Below are positions 42,710-55,929 of a stretch of DNA of 64,000 bases, in pieces; position 1 is the stretch's first letter, and the number at the start of each line of letters is the position of its first letter. This stretch comes from Eledone cirrhosa. Taxonomy: Eukaryota. The stretch spans positions 10,540,001 to 10,604,000 of the forward strand of contig OZ024758.1 of NCBI GenBank assembly GCA_964016885.1, given 5' to 3'. Below the pieces are notes generated by a model. It ran no database searches, was not told the DNA's origin, and was given only the letters and a program-made list of their open reading frames with translations. A program made the position numbers and the translations under genes.

Positions 42710-42809
42710 CAGATTTCATTTGAGGATTATTATAATGGACTTCCAGCAACACATATCGGGAGATGTCACCTCCAATAGGACAGCCAGCTTCTGCTGGTAG
42801 ATGTAATGG
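42710..42809 (-). CDS. TBH: TBH/DBH coding exon 6 (third CuH His)
   Basis: PLHLPAEAGCPIGGDISRYVLLEVHYNNPQMKS; tttcag / GTAAGT; 100 nt, ends in phase 1. Confidence 0.95.
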
Positions 42810-43390
42810 CTGAAATTAAACGGAGAGACGTTATTTTATATATCATAGAATGGAAATCTTGTGTAAATCTTCATTCAACAAATTTCAATTTAATTATTTA
42901 AAGATGTCTTCACTCTAAAAAGCTGCCAATTTACCCTAATGTTAGCGCCGATCCTGCGCGTGCGCACGCACACACACATACACATACACATACACACATT
43001 GATTTTGTTTAGTTATTCGCAGAGATTCACAAAAGATGTTATATGCATTCAGAACGAAACCTATTTGTGCACACATGTTGCATCACACACACATGCATTC
43101 TCTCTCAAAATACACATACATGCATCCATTCACATGCACAGACATATGCATTGATATGGAATAAGCATTCGAACATCCAAATATAGACAATAAAGACCAC
43201 TTATAAAAGAATGTGTGGGAAGATATGTATTCATACTTTATTAAACTCTTCACAACTGTCCGCTACGTTTATCTAAAAACTTTGCATCATATTATTATGC
43301 AAGAACCATTGTTAAGTTACGTTCCAAACACCATCTTGATAATGAAAAAGTTTTGTTACTAAAACTCTGCATATTATTGACTACTTAAAA

Positions 43391-43581
43391 GGGCGGTGGA
43401 TTGGCAGTATCGGTAGAGGGTCGGACGCCATGCTTTCCAGCATAGTTACGTCCCTTTGCGGTCTGAGTTCAAATCCCGCCGAGGTTAACTTTCTTTGCCT
43501 TTCATCCTTACGGGGCCGATAAAATAAAGTACCAGTAATGTAGTGGGTAATTGATGGCCTTGTGCCAAAAGTAGAAACAAT
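43391..43581 (+). mobile_element. tRNA-derived SINE with perfect 18-nt TSD
   Basis: attattgactacttaaaa at 43373-43390 and 43580-43597. Confidence 0.9.
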
Positions 43582-43749
43582 TATTGACTACTTAAAAGTT
43601 TATTTGAAAATCATAGACAGTGTTTTTCAATAGATCTATCTAACGCAGGAGGTAAGCCATGCTATTGAGAGGTGAATTGAGAAATGTATGAATAGATTTG
43701 TGCTTGGAAACATTAGGATGAACGGTGATAGATATGAAAAAATACTCAC

Positions 43750-43929
43750 TGCAGCACCCATGGCCCATGCTCCTATGACTTGTCGACAAACACTGAGTTC
43801 TTTAGGTTTCTCTCCCACAGATTTTGGTCCATTAAAGTAGGGTACTGTTTCACCTGGGCGTGTCTCGCAGTGAAACACTTCGATGTGATGAACCAAATCT
43901 TCATTACCTTTCGTGATGACACTTTCAAA
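43750..43929 (-). CDS. TBH: TBH/DBH coding exon 5 (CuH His-His)
   Basis: FESVITKGNEDLVHHIEVFHC...CRQVIGAWAMGAA; ttgtag / GTGAGT; 180 nt. Confidence 0.95.
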
Positions 43930-43985
43930 CTACAATTAGATAAATAGGTCGTGGCAATCAATTCACCTAAATAAGAACTGCTGCT

Positions 43986-44050
<65 letters not shown>

Positions 44051-44331
44051 ACACTGGTCTGAGGAGCGGAGGAATTTATCCTGCAACCGGAGACCTCCAG
44101 GTCGACAAAAAAAAAGTACCAGTAAAATACTGGTGTCGATTCTTCCTCTATATCCCTTTATCACTTCCATTCTCACTCTCACTATTCTTCTCTGGAAGAA
44201 ATCTACTGTATTCAGACCTGGAGAGGACATGGGCTCCGCCGGGTTTAAAATGATGCCATAGAAACGCCGCATATCACTACAGCGTCCCTACGACTCCTCT
44301 AAGAGTTACAGGAGATAATATAAGAAAATAC

Positions 44332-44415
44332 CTGAATGATATGATGTCGTTCAGAAATGACTGGAAGTTCTGTAGTGTACCACCAATATGTTGTTTCATG
44401 AGCTGGAACTGTTAC
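44332..44415 (-). CDS. TBH: TBH/DBH coding exon 4
   Basis: VTVPAHETTYWWYTTELPVISERHHIIQ matches the DBH P..ETTYWC...LP....HHII motif; 84 nt; donor CAG|GTATTT. The acceptor is weaker (taag). Confidence 0.88.
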
Positions 44416-44731
44416 CTTACCAGAGAATACAAAATTGATTTGTCAATGATTGTCGCAAATTTACAAATATTTTATATAATATAGGTGAACATAGACACGT
44501 ATTAGGGTTTTCTCATTATCTCTGCATTATACACACACTCACAAATATATATATATATAGGAACGATCGACTTTTTTTGTCAAATCGGACCGAGGGAACA
44601 ATGTTTCCGTTGGTCTTTCCAATTGCTAATACTATCTATCGGTTGCAACTCCAGGTAGAAGGAGCAACGTGAAATAAAGTGTCTTGCTCAAGGACATAAC
44701 GCATCGCCTGGTCCAGAAATCGAACTCACAA

Positions 44732-44774
<43 letters not shown>

Positions 44775-44958
44775 ATAAATTAACGGAGGCATAGGCCCTC
44801 GCTAGGTATTTATTTACGCTTTAATTTATATTTTTAATTATCGTGTCTATAGTCTGCCTTTCATAGGTTATAGATTCCATACACTGGTGGTTTTTTCCCT
44901 GTATTATTGATAACGCACTATATATCTCTCTCTGGTGTGTTACCTTCTCAACATATTG

Positions 44959-45015
<57 letters not shown>

Positions 45016-45336
45016 TGAGACAAGTAAACCCAATTGTCTATAGTTAGCATTCTTTTCACCTTAGCGAATCTGGTCCCTTACGATTTGAACACATATATGT
45101 CTGCGTTCGTTTTTCTTTTATATTCTATTATAATATACGGCTCGGAAATATCTCTTTCTTAGAGGTATTTTGTTGTAAAAGACTATTTTGAGTTCCTAAC
45201 TCAATATATACCTTATATTTGAAATTATTAGAAATGTAAGGTATCGCCGTATTTTGACTAAAGAAATTAAAGAAATTATTTAGCCTGATAGTGGGGTTAA
45301 GAACCCTCGGAGAAATGGAAAAAGATGAGTATTGAC

Positions 45337-45415
<79 letters not shown>

Positions 45416-45489
45416 TATGTAATGTTATACATACATTAGACCTCGGATACATCCTCAGTGTTGTATTCAGTTGACACTACCGTAGTTGA

Positions 45490-45870
45490 TCAAGCTCCAA
45501 ATTGTGTCCATGTGGCATATATACTACGGACAGCACTGGTCACGTCACTTCCACCATAACCAACTAGATCTTCCTCCCTTGTTGCTTCTAGAGGGACGAA
45601 GGCTTTGAGAAGGGAATGTGCAGCAAACCCTCTACGGTCAACCCGGCATGAACCGGGTCCGCCTCCGTTGCTGCGACAATCCTCAATCAACTTCTGGTAC
45701 TTTTCTCTCGTCTCTTCAAATTCTCCTTCCATCTCCTCCCAGCTTCACTAGAATGAGCTGCCCTGTCACCTTGGAAACCAATATAGTGTTTGGTCCCAAC
45801 AAGGACTAAGTGATATGAGAAAGAATTTTCAGCTTCCTTCCCAGGTCAACTGTCATCCATGACGTCCTGT
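45490..45870 (-). mobile_element. Degraded HERO/NeSL-like non-LTR retrotransposon 3' fragment
   Basis: VDLGRKLKI..HI...PNTILVSK...QLILVKL...EE..EKYQKLIEDCRSNG...RRGFAAHSL resembles the REL endonuclease C-terminus. Confidence 0.55.
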
Positions 45871-45959
45871 GTTGTGACAAGGAAACCAGTCGAGAAAGAA
45901 CATATTAGAAATAGTAAGAAATACAGACGAATGGAAATATAATGTCCAAGAATACCTAC

Positions 45960-46133
45960 CCTGGGGGTTACGATATTAAACGTCCAGGTATCCTTGGGAT
46001 GTCTAGGGGCCGGAGTATCAGCTTTCAAAAGGAGCACCCGCTGAAGTCCAGGAGATAAGGCTGTAACATTCTCCCCTTCTGGGTAATGAAACTTATTATC
46101 ACCTATGAAGAATACCACGTGGATTGTTCCATT
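45960..46133 (-). CDS. TBH: TBH/DBH coding exon 3
   Basis: NGTIHVVFFIG...GLQRVLLLKADTPAP...TFNIVTPR; ttttag / GTAGGT; 174 nt, phase 0. Confidence 0.9.
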
Positions 46134-46420
46134 CTAAAATAGAAATATGTAAAATATATAAACTATTGATGTATCGATTATTGACCTGTACAGAATGGTT
46201 TCAAACTATTCTTAACAATGGTGTTAAGTGCGGGTTAACAAACCTAAGGACGTAGTAAGTCAAAAACCTTTTTTTAGTCATATGAAATTATATCGGTAAT
46301 ACAAATAAATGTCATAATTGTGGTTTAAGGGATGGCGTTTTTTTCTCGGGGTCATAACGCCAAAAATTTGATTCACATATCTAGTAACGCATTCTTTTAC
46401 CTCACTCCAATTGACTCACT

Positions 46421-46467
<47 letters not shown>

Positions 46468-46482
46468 TATGTATGTATATTT

Positions 46483-46708
46483 CTAGGGCGGGTAAAATTC
46501 TCGAGATCCATGGACAAGTTCTCTCCAGCGGTCTCTGTTCCTCATTATCGCTGCCGTGTCTTGCCTCTCCAAGAGACCAGTGTCTGTCCTTAGGGCATCA
46601 ACATATGTTAACCTCGGTCTTCCTTTTCCAGTGTGTCCATGCAGGGGCTCCCACAGGAGCACTGAGTGCATTGTCAACTCTGGATGTCGGTGAGCATGTC
46701 CAGCTAAT
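46483..46708 (-). mobile_element. RTE-clade LINE 3' fragment
   Basis: Reverse copy of the same sequence, in TBH intron 2. Confidence 0.8.
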
Positions 46709-46897
46709 CTCAGTCTCAGTATGTGTATGTATATACGTATATATATATGTTTGTGTGAGCGTGAGGATGTGTGTAAATATTCTAGTACTTACGTCAAAGG
46801 GGAAGTCGTAACTATCAGTCTCAGTATGTGTATGTATATACGTATATATATATGTTTGTGTGAGCGTGAGAATGTGTGTAAATATTCTAGTACTTAC

Positions 46898-47044
46898 GTC
46901 AAAGGGGAAGTCGTAACTATCACATGTATCAAATGGTCTTTGATATTCAATAACCATAGCATGTCGGTTTACTCGACCAGAGATTAATTTATAATCTTGC
47001 TGATCATCAATATGGAGAAGACCTTTGCTGTCCGTCCATGCATC
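46898..47044 (-). CDS. TBH: TBH/DBH coding exon 2 (DOMON)
   Basis: DAWTDSKGLLHIDDQQDYKL...YQRPFDTCDSYDFPFD; ttgtag acceptor, GTAAGT donor, 147 nt. The D.QQDY and RPF.TCD motifs are typical of the DBH family. Confidence 0.93.
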
Positions 47045-47280
47045 CTACAATTAACAAAGAAATATATATATATAGATGCGACGAAAACCACAAACCCTCC
47101 ATCTCAATTCTACTTTTGAAAAGCATAAGAACAGTGAAACCGGTAAAGGAAACAAATAAATACTTTTAAAAAGACTCCAGTTGCATTTTCGATTTCATCT
47201 TTTTTCCTTATACTTTCACTCGGACATCTCGTTTTTTTTTCATTTTAAAAAACCCTTATTTTCTTATATATATATATATA

Positions 47281-47998
47281 TACTGAGCACACAACACACA
47301 CACAGAAACAAAATGGCGTAGGACAGAACAAAGGAGAGGCACAGAAACAAAGAAAGGAATCCCCAGTCACTGAAGAGGTGACAGAGTGTGTGACGAAAGA
47401 ACTATGACTATATATAAACAACTATCTGGTTGTGGAACCAACCAACCAACCAGAAATTTATAAATTTATAAATTTATAAATATATAATAAATTGAAGTGA
47501 AAGCAACTGGTGCGTGTGTTTCTTATTGGCAAATGACCCTCCCAAAGTATAACAATATCGGTTTCAACACACGATTTCAGATAAAGAATCTTGCTAAACA
47601 AATTCAGAAACGAAATATATATATATATATATATATGTATATACTGAGCACACAACACACACACAGAAACAAAATGGCGTAGGACAGAACAAAGGAGAGG
47701 CACAGAAACAAAGAAAGGAATCCCCAGTCACTGAAGAGGTGACAGAGTGTGTGACGAAAGAACTATGACTATATATAAACAACTATCTGGTTGTGGAACC
47801 AACCAACCAACCAGAAATTTATAAATTTATAAATTTATAAATATATAATAAATTGAAGTGAAAGCAACTGGTGCGTGTGTTTCTTATTGGCAAATGACCC
47901 TCCCAAAGTATAACAATATCGGTTTCAACACACGATTTCAGATAAAGAATCTTGCTAAACAAATTCAGAAACGAAATATATATATATATATATATATG
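47281..47998. repeat. Near-exact 361-bp tandem duplication
   Basis: tactgagcacacaac... starts at 47281 and again at 47642. Confidence 0.9.
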
Positions 47999-48127
47999 TA
48001 AAAGTTCTATTTAAATTGTTGGGATACAACAAGCAAATATTTTTATAACTGATATAAAGCACTCAACAAATTATTGGAGTAAAAATACGATATTAACAAA
48101 TGGAAACTATATTTATAAAACCATATT

Positions 48128-48192
48128 TATTTCATTATACATATTTCAAGGACACCAAGTTAAATTAGGGTGTGCTTTCATCAGATAAAATA
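48128..48192 (-). ncRNA. Minimal type-I hammerhead ribozyme motif (same family as 28211/28525)
   Basis: Reverse complement reads TATTTTAT-CTGATGA-AAGCACACC..GGTGTCCTT-GAAA-TATGTA-TA-ATGAAATA. Confidence 0.72.
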
Positions 48193-48330
48193 TAATATAG
48201 ATCAGTTTTATAAATAAATATTGACACACCCTTAAAGAATGCAACCATTACTGTTGGAAGCTCCCGGATAGTGGAGTTGTAGCTTTAATTATATTATTAG
48301 TATTGGATATTTTTAAAATAAGCCGTTGGG

Positions 48331-48407
<77 letters not shown>

Positions 48408-48763
48408 TATATATAAAGAATTAAAAAGAACAGAAAGATGCAGTAAAAGATATTTATTCGGTTCTTACGTACGTTTCAATAGACATCTATTTGCCTAGAT
48501 CTCGCTACATCTATAATATTATATATTTAGTAGAGCATTCGATATCCAATGCACAATCGATCCCATATCATCAGAGAATAAATCTCTTTTACTGCATCTT
48601 TCTGTTCTTTTTAATTCTTTATACACGCCCCGGAATATAGCTAAACTGGATTATACACCTTTTTTCTGCATTTCGTTGAGCACCACTCTGTTGTAAGCTG
48701 ACATTCCACTACACGGTACATAACACTGTGTCCTGGAAAACATTAATGCACTCGTGCATAACC

Positions 48764-48835
<72 letters not shown>

Positions 48836-48986
48836 GGATTAACAAATAATAGTTAAATGCAGTCCACTTAGGTGAAGTCCAGTTATGGTATTCCAGGTAG
48901 TGGATGATATTAGCTCAATGAAACAAATGTAAGCTATGTGATTAAATACTTTTTTGTATAGCAAACCATGTAAACCTTCTTTCCTG

Positions 48987-49144
<158 letters not shown>

Positions 49145-49449
49145 GTATTAAATAGTAATACTTGTTGTATAAAATGCAAACTATTAAATAGTCAGTTATT
49201 CGATTTGACCAATATTCCCCAACACAACATTAACCGATTCATTGTAAGAAGCGATTGTGTCTCAGTCTGTTCTGACAGGTTATTCTGACCTCCCGACATA
49301 ATTTCTGCCCTACCCTAATCTTTAATTAGATGACACTCAAATAATAACTGCTTAAAAACATTGTAGGTAAATAGACATGTCTAAACATTTAACACTTCCC
49401 CTCTAAATACTGTTAAGACAGCCAACCAAATAAACGACTTCGTTAAATG

Positions 49450-49950
49450 TTACCACCACCACCACCACCATGATAGAATCACTGCCACCTCCGTTACCAC
49501 CACCACCACCATACCACCACCACCATCATGATAGAATCACTGCCACCTCCGTCACCACCACCACCACCACGCCAGAATCACTGCCACCCCCGTTACCACC
49601 ACCACCGGCACCACCACCATCATGATAGAATCACTGCCACCTCCGTTACCACCACCACCACCACCACCACCACCACCATCATGATAGAATCACTGCCACC
49701 TCCATCACCACCACCACTACCACCACAATGATGATAGAATCACTGCCACCTCCGTCACCACCACCACCACCACCACCACCACCACCATCATGACAGAATC
49801 ACTGCCACCTCCGTTACCACCACCACCACCACCACCACCACCATCATGATAGAATCACTGCAACCTCCGTCACCACCACCACCACCACCACCACCACCAC
49901 CACCACCACCACCACCATCATCATCATGATAGAATCACTGCCACCTCCGA
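49450..49950. repeat. Compound repeat atgatagaatcactgccacctccgt+(acc)n
   Basis: About 9 constant units separated by variable (ACC)n. Confidence 0.9.
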
Positions 49951-50429
49951 GGGAGGGGTGGCGAATGTCGATTAAATCCAAACCAGCATTTGATTGGTAG
50001 TTGGCATTTTATCAACATCGAAGGATGGACATTTGCCATCGGCCATATTTGAACTGAAAGCAGAGACAGCCAGAACGAATATCACAAGGTATTCTATTCG
50101 ACGTCTCAGAGAGAGAGAGAGAGAGATAGAAAATGAAAAACCAGGAAGATAAAAGGAAGATAGACAGATAGAAAGAGAGAAAGAAAGAAAGAAAGAAGTA
50201 AATACAAAGAGAAGAAAGGAAAGAAAGAAAAGAGGGAAGGAAGGTGGAAACAATGTGTGTGAATGACATGATACGCCTTAATATTAATCTAGAATTGGTA
50301 GTTATTTATTTCCTTAGTCATTAAGAAGACGTCAACGAGAAGAATTGTTTGAGCACTATTGGGAAGTTGTTCCAGATGATTAGTGATAACATCAAACGGA
50401 GAATGATGTTGTTTAAATGAATGGAGGGA

Positions 50430-51400
50430 TTCGGGAACATTCTATATTGTTTAATGAAATGGGGAAGGCTTAGGGACATTCTATATTGTTTAATGGAATG
50501 AGGAAGGCTTAGGGACATTCTATATTGTTTAAAGGAATGGGGAAGGCTTAGGGACATTCTATATTGTTTAATGGAATGAGGAAGGCTTAGGGACATTCTA
50601 TATTTTTTAAAGGAATGGGGAAGGCTTAGGGACATTCTATATTGTTTAATGGAATGAGGAAGGCTTAGGGACATTCTATATTGTTTAAAGGAATGGGGAA
50701 GGCTTAGGGACATTCTATATTGTTTAATGGAATGAGGAAGGCTTAGGGACATTCTATATTTTTTAAAGGAATGGGGAAGGCTTAGGGACATTCTATATTG
50801 TTTAATGGAATGAGGAAGGCTTAGGGATATTCTATATTGTTTAAAGGAATGGGGAAGGCTTAGGGACATTCTATATTGTTTAATGGAATGAGGAAGGCTT
50901 AGGGACATTCTATATTGTTTAAAGGAATGGGGAAGGCTTAGGGACATTCTATATTGTTTAATGGAATGAGGAAGGCTTAGGGACATTCTATATTGTTTAA
51001 AGGAATGAAGAAGGCTTAGGGGCATTCTATATTGTTTAAAGGAATGGGGGAAGGCTTAGGGACATTCTATATTGTTTAAAGGAATGGAGAAGGCTTAGGG
51101 ACATTCTATATTGTTTAAAGGAATGGAGAAGGCTTAGGGACATTCTATATTGTTTAAAGGAATGGAGAAGGTTTAGGGACATTCTATATTTTTTAAAGGA
51201 ATGGGGAAGGTTTAGGGACATTCTATATTGTTTAAAGGAATGGAGAAGGTTTAGGGACATTCTATATTGTTTAAAGGAATGGGCAAGGCTTAGGGACATT
51301 CTATATTGTTTAAAGGAATGAGGAAGGCTTAGGGACATTCTATATTGTTTAAAGGAATGGGGAAGGCTTAGAGACATTCTATATTGTTTAAAGGAATGAG
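50430..51400. repeat. 39-bp minisatellite containing TTAGGG
   Basis: ggaatggggaaggcttagggacattctatattgtttaaa, about 25 copies. Confidence 0.95.
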
Positions 51401-51538
51401 GGTGCGGTGGTATTTGAAGACAGAGAATCTGAAAAATTACTGCAAAGCAACCTAACCAACATTTTAATCATCTCCTCTTGATGATGAAATAAATATAATC
51501 AGAAATAAAATATATTATCCAGTTGTTCATATACTGAC

Positions 51539-51844
51539 CTTACAGCATTGTTTGTTGTTTCCGTCCACCCAGTGGACAAAGAAATCGGCGTTTGTAGATT
51601 TTCCATATGATGAATAACCAACTCCAAACCATTCATCAGGTGTTAAAACTGCTAAAAGACGAAAGTTTACCACTTTTCGACTATAGTCAACATCCCACCA
51701 TAAATGGAATCGACGTAGAGTGTCCAGGTATACATTGTATCGATAATGTTGGCGAGCTGTGACTTTAGGGGCAGCTTTAAGAACTATTAACAACATAAGC
51801 AACACCTGGCAGTATTGTAACCAGGGTTTTAGTCGTGTTAACAT
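51539..51844 (-). CDS. TBH: Tyramine/dopamine beta-hydroxylase, coding exon 1 (signal/anchor + start of DOMON domain)
   Basis: MLTRLKPWLQYCQVLLMLLIVLKAAP...FHLWWDVDY...WFGVGYSSYG..NADFFVHWVD...CCK. ATG directly follows a TTTCAG acceptor; donor AAG|GTCAGT; 306 nt, phase 0. Confidence 0.9.
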
Positions 51845-52255
51845 CTGAAATATAGAAATATTTATACATATCTTATTGCATTTGGGTTTTAGTATATATG
51901 ATAAGGTATGTTAATACATATATATTTCTACACAAGATTTATGGTGCCATGTAAATGTCTTCTTCTTCTTCTTCTTCTTCTTCTTCTTCTTCTTCTTCAA
52001 AAGGGGTTAGCGATAGGAAGGACATCTAACCGGAAAACGTTGCCTCAAAAAGGGTCCCTTAATAAGTATGTAGTGTATCACGGAAGCAGCAAGGTACATT
52101 AAACCACTTGTTGTTGTTGTTGTTGTTGTGGTTGTGGTCACTGGTCGAATCACTTGCATCATCGGGCTATTTAATGCGGGCTGACTTAAGCTGAAACCCC
52201 AACAACAGCAGCAACAACAACAGCAACAGCAACAGCAGCAACAACAACAATAGCG

Positions 52256-52288
<33 letters not shown>

Positions 52289-52824
52289 ACAACAACAGCA
52301 ACAGCAACAACAACAACAACAGCAACAACAACAGCAGCAGCAGCAACAACAACAATAACAGCAACAACAGCAACAACAGCAACAATAACAGCAACAGCAA
52401 CAATAGCAACAACAGCAACAATAACAGCAACAACAACAACAGCAACAATAGCTGAATCCCAACAGCAGCAGCAACAACAACAATAACAGCAACAACCACA
52501 GCAGCAACAACAGCAACAATAACAGCAACAACAACAACAGCAACAATAACAGTTCCCCGTTAAATCTAATTACGTTACCGTTTTAATCACGACTTTAGCA
52601 ACATCAATGTTTTAACGCCTTCGTATATAAGATGTTTATTAAGTATAATTGTTTTCTCTCTAATCAAAAATACAATTAATTGCACAGAATTCCACTGGAA
52701 AGATGAGTCAGTAAGAAACACAATCTGTCACGTTTCCTCGATATCTTATTGGACATGGACGATGCCTACATCGTTGACATACTTAAATTTGATCTTTATA
52801 TGTATGTATGTATATATATATAGT

Positions 52825-53012
52825 AATTGTTTCTACTTTAGGCACAAGGCCAGCAATTAACCAGTACATTACTGGTACTTTATTTTATCGACCCCGTAAG
52901 GATGAAAGGCAAAGTCAACCTCGGCGGGATTTGAACTCAGATCGTAAAGGGACGTAACTATGCTGGAAAGCATGGCGTCCGACCCTCTACAGATACTGCC
53001 AATCCACCGCCC
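52825..53012 (-). mobile_element. tRNA-derived SINE (same family)
   Basis: Full length. Confidence 0.85.
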
Positions 53013-53174
53013 TATATATAGTAATAATAATAAATTTGAAGACTAAAATCCAAAGAGGGCTCAATAAGGATAAATATATATCAAATATATAAGAACCGTA
53101 GAACAAATATTTATTAAAATAACAGATTAAAGTTTAAGCAAAGAATCGCTGCTTTCACCCTTAACGGGATCTTC

Positions 53175-53224
<50 letters not shown>

Positions 53225-53229
<5 letters not shown>

Positions 53230-53430
53230 ACGAGTAGGACCCCGACGGCTGAGCTCAAGCCGTTTCGACGGGTAATTCTGGACTAAATGCAGTCCAGAAT
53301 TAGCCGTCGAAACAGCTTGAGCTCAGCCGTCGGGGTCCTACTCGTTCCTATTACCCACTCTACTACCCTAAGTATTGAGTACTTTGGTGCGTTATGGTCC
53401 ACCTGGTTCCTTACCACATTTTCTTCGTTA
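53225..53430 (+). mobile_element. Palindromic Penelope-like element, copy 5
   Basis: Same variant subfamily as copy 4. Confidence 0.65.
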
Positions 53431-54129
53431 TATATACATATATATATATGTGTGTGTGTGTGTGTAAATATGCATGGATATATATATATTATATTGTGGT
53501 TACCCCCGATTGAAACCGGGATAAACATATCTATCTATCTATATATATATATATATATAGACAAAGGATTTGCTTCGAAATCGCTAGACGTATCTGAGGA
53601 ACTTGCGAATCCAGAGTCAGGTTTGATCCACAAATAGATCGCACCTCGAGCTGTTCACCGGAGACACAATTGTAATACGTTAATAAATTGTGATTCGATG
53701 CATCACTGATTCTTCGTTTTCCATATTATCTATCTCTCTCTCTATATATATGTATTTTATATTACTTTTTAATGTCAGTATATATATATTTAATGTCAGT
53801 ATATATATATTTAATGTCAGTATATATATATATATATATATATACAGAGAGAGACTGGCATTAAATGTCACACTAAATGCAGCCTTATTTATGCGACACC
53901 GGATCTATTGTTGAGCGGAGATATGCCAAGTCATGCTTTTATAAAATTAGAAAACCAGAAAAGATTAAATTGAAATTATTTCCTGTCAATTAGATTAAAC
54001 AACTTTCATAATAGAATGTAATAAACTCTACACAAACCATACAGGTTTACTATAAATATATATATATTTGTTTCAATTGATTATATGTGTGTGTGTATGA
54101 CACACACACACACACACATATGTATTAAT

Positions 54130-54412
54130 AATTGTTTCTACTTTAGGCACAAGGCCAGCAATTACCTAGTACATTACTGGTACTTTATTTTATCGACCCC
54201 CGTAAGGACGAAAGGCAAAGTAATAATTGTTTCTACTTTAGGCATAAGGCCAGCAATTACCCAGTGCATTACTGGTACTTTATTTTATCGACCCCGTAAG
54301 GATGAAAGGCAAAGTCAACCTCGGCGGGATTTGAACTCAGATCATAAAGGGACGTAACTATGCTGGAAAGCATGGCGTCAAACCCTCTACCGATACTGCC
54401 AATCCACCGCCC
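54130..54412 (-). mobile_element. tRNA-derived SINE plus adjacent truncated copy
   Basis: 3'-half copy (54130-54220) followed by a full copy (54225-54412). Confidence 0.8.
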
Positions 54413-55309
54413 TGGCAAAGTAATAATGACTTCTAATACAGAAAAAATGAAATACATTTAAAAGAAGACGTGAATGAAATACATTTAGACTAAACCCACA
54501 GTAATTGATGCTATTTTATTTTATCGATTAGAGAAGGATGAAAGGTAAAGTTGACCAGAACGTAAAAAGCCAGAATAATTCTGCCAATCCACTCCCCTTG
54601 AAGCTTCACAGATTATTACCGACATTACACAGTGTGGGAACTGTGGTGAAGATCTCATTGAAGGACAATTCTCAAGAACTGTAGATAAAGTCTGCTGCTG
54701 CAGGTGTACTTAGAAAACTTGGCGGTGTTTTAGTCAATCCAATTTTCGGTGTTCAGGTGTTGCTGACTCATCACAGAGAGGGGGCATGTCGTAGGAAATG
54801 ATCTAGTATATTGCTCGAAAATGAAATTAATTGTGAAAGAAAAACGAAGGAGGGAGAAACGACCCGACCATCACCGAAACTATATTGTTATTGTAGTTGT
54901 AGTTATTGTCAGAGGGCATACAAACGAGGGAAACGAGTAACAAGGGAAAGTGTAGAAGAGGTAAATTGTTGGATGTCAAACGTAAAGTAAATTTGTTACT
55001 TGAGATGCAAAACTGTACTGTCACTGCAATCCTGCCCTCAAATTACAGCTTGGGATCTTTAAAATAATACTGAAAACATTGAATAAGGCTTTGGTGGTTA
55101 TTTCTAAATATACAATAGATCTTCTTAGCTGGAAAGTATTTTATCAATCAGGGTTAACAAAGAAAGTAATTGATGAACCAGGGTTAACAAAGAAAGTAAT
55201 TGATAAACCAGGGTTAACAAAGAAAGTATTTGATGAACCAGAGCTACCACAGGAATAAAAAGCAACAAAACAACGACAGTACATAAAAGTAATATAAAAT
55301 ATAACTCAC

Positions 55310-55609
55310 TCTGCCTTTTGTCTTTCGTTTTTGTTCCCTTTGGCTGTATTTTCTTTTCTAACTTTCTATTTATTATTTTTTTTACTTACATTATTCCTTC
55401 CAGAATTAAACAAAGCTGAAGATAGTATTCAAATACATATATACATATATAGATATATATATCTATATGTACATATGTATATATTTTCTCTTCCTTAGAA
55501 GATTTGTGACTTTTCGTGTGATTCTGTCGAGTCGTCTGCTTTTATTCAATTTCTGTCGTCTGCTATTTTCGACAACTCCCATCAACAGCCGATACTACAG
55601 ACCAACTGA
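55310..55609 (-). promoter_or_regulatory. Candidate Inr (TCAGTT) and non-coding first exon of TBH
   Basis: Minus-strand TCAGTT at 55604-55609 and donor AGA|GTGAGT at 55308-55309, in mostly non-repetitive sequence. The TBH ATG exon starts at an acceptor. Confidence 0.3.
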
Positions 55610-55929
55610 CTAGAGGCTGATAGTTATTGGATGTTTCCTATCAACTATTTTTGAGTGGGAATGATTGATTTGTGTATATATATGTATGTGTTCCTTTATG
55701 ATAGTATATACAAATGTGTATGTCTGTGTGTACGGTGTGCGTTTATATTATATTTCGTTTTGTGTGTTATCTATTACACATGTATACGTGTGTTGTTGTT
55801 TTGCAATGGCTAGGAATGGCTGTGAGGGTGGTGTTGGGCTGTATCGATGCCACTGAAAGTCAATGTATGAATATGTATGTATGTGTGTGTGAATATGTTT
55901 ATATATCTGTGTGAATATGATCAGTTCTG

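Noticed and set aside
49450-49950. Constant repeats with variable spacers resembling a CRISPR array
   Set aside because: The spacers are just (ACC)n of variable length.
50321-51377. 234-aa and 113-aa repeat ORFs in TBH intron 1
   Set aside because: A 39-bp minisatellite that is open by chance; TBH exons 1 and 2 join cleanly without it.
52007-52546. Poly-Cys/Leu/Gln ORFs
   Set aside because: CAA/CAG microsatellite with interspersed stops.
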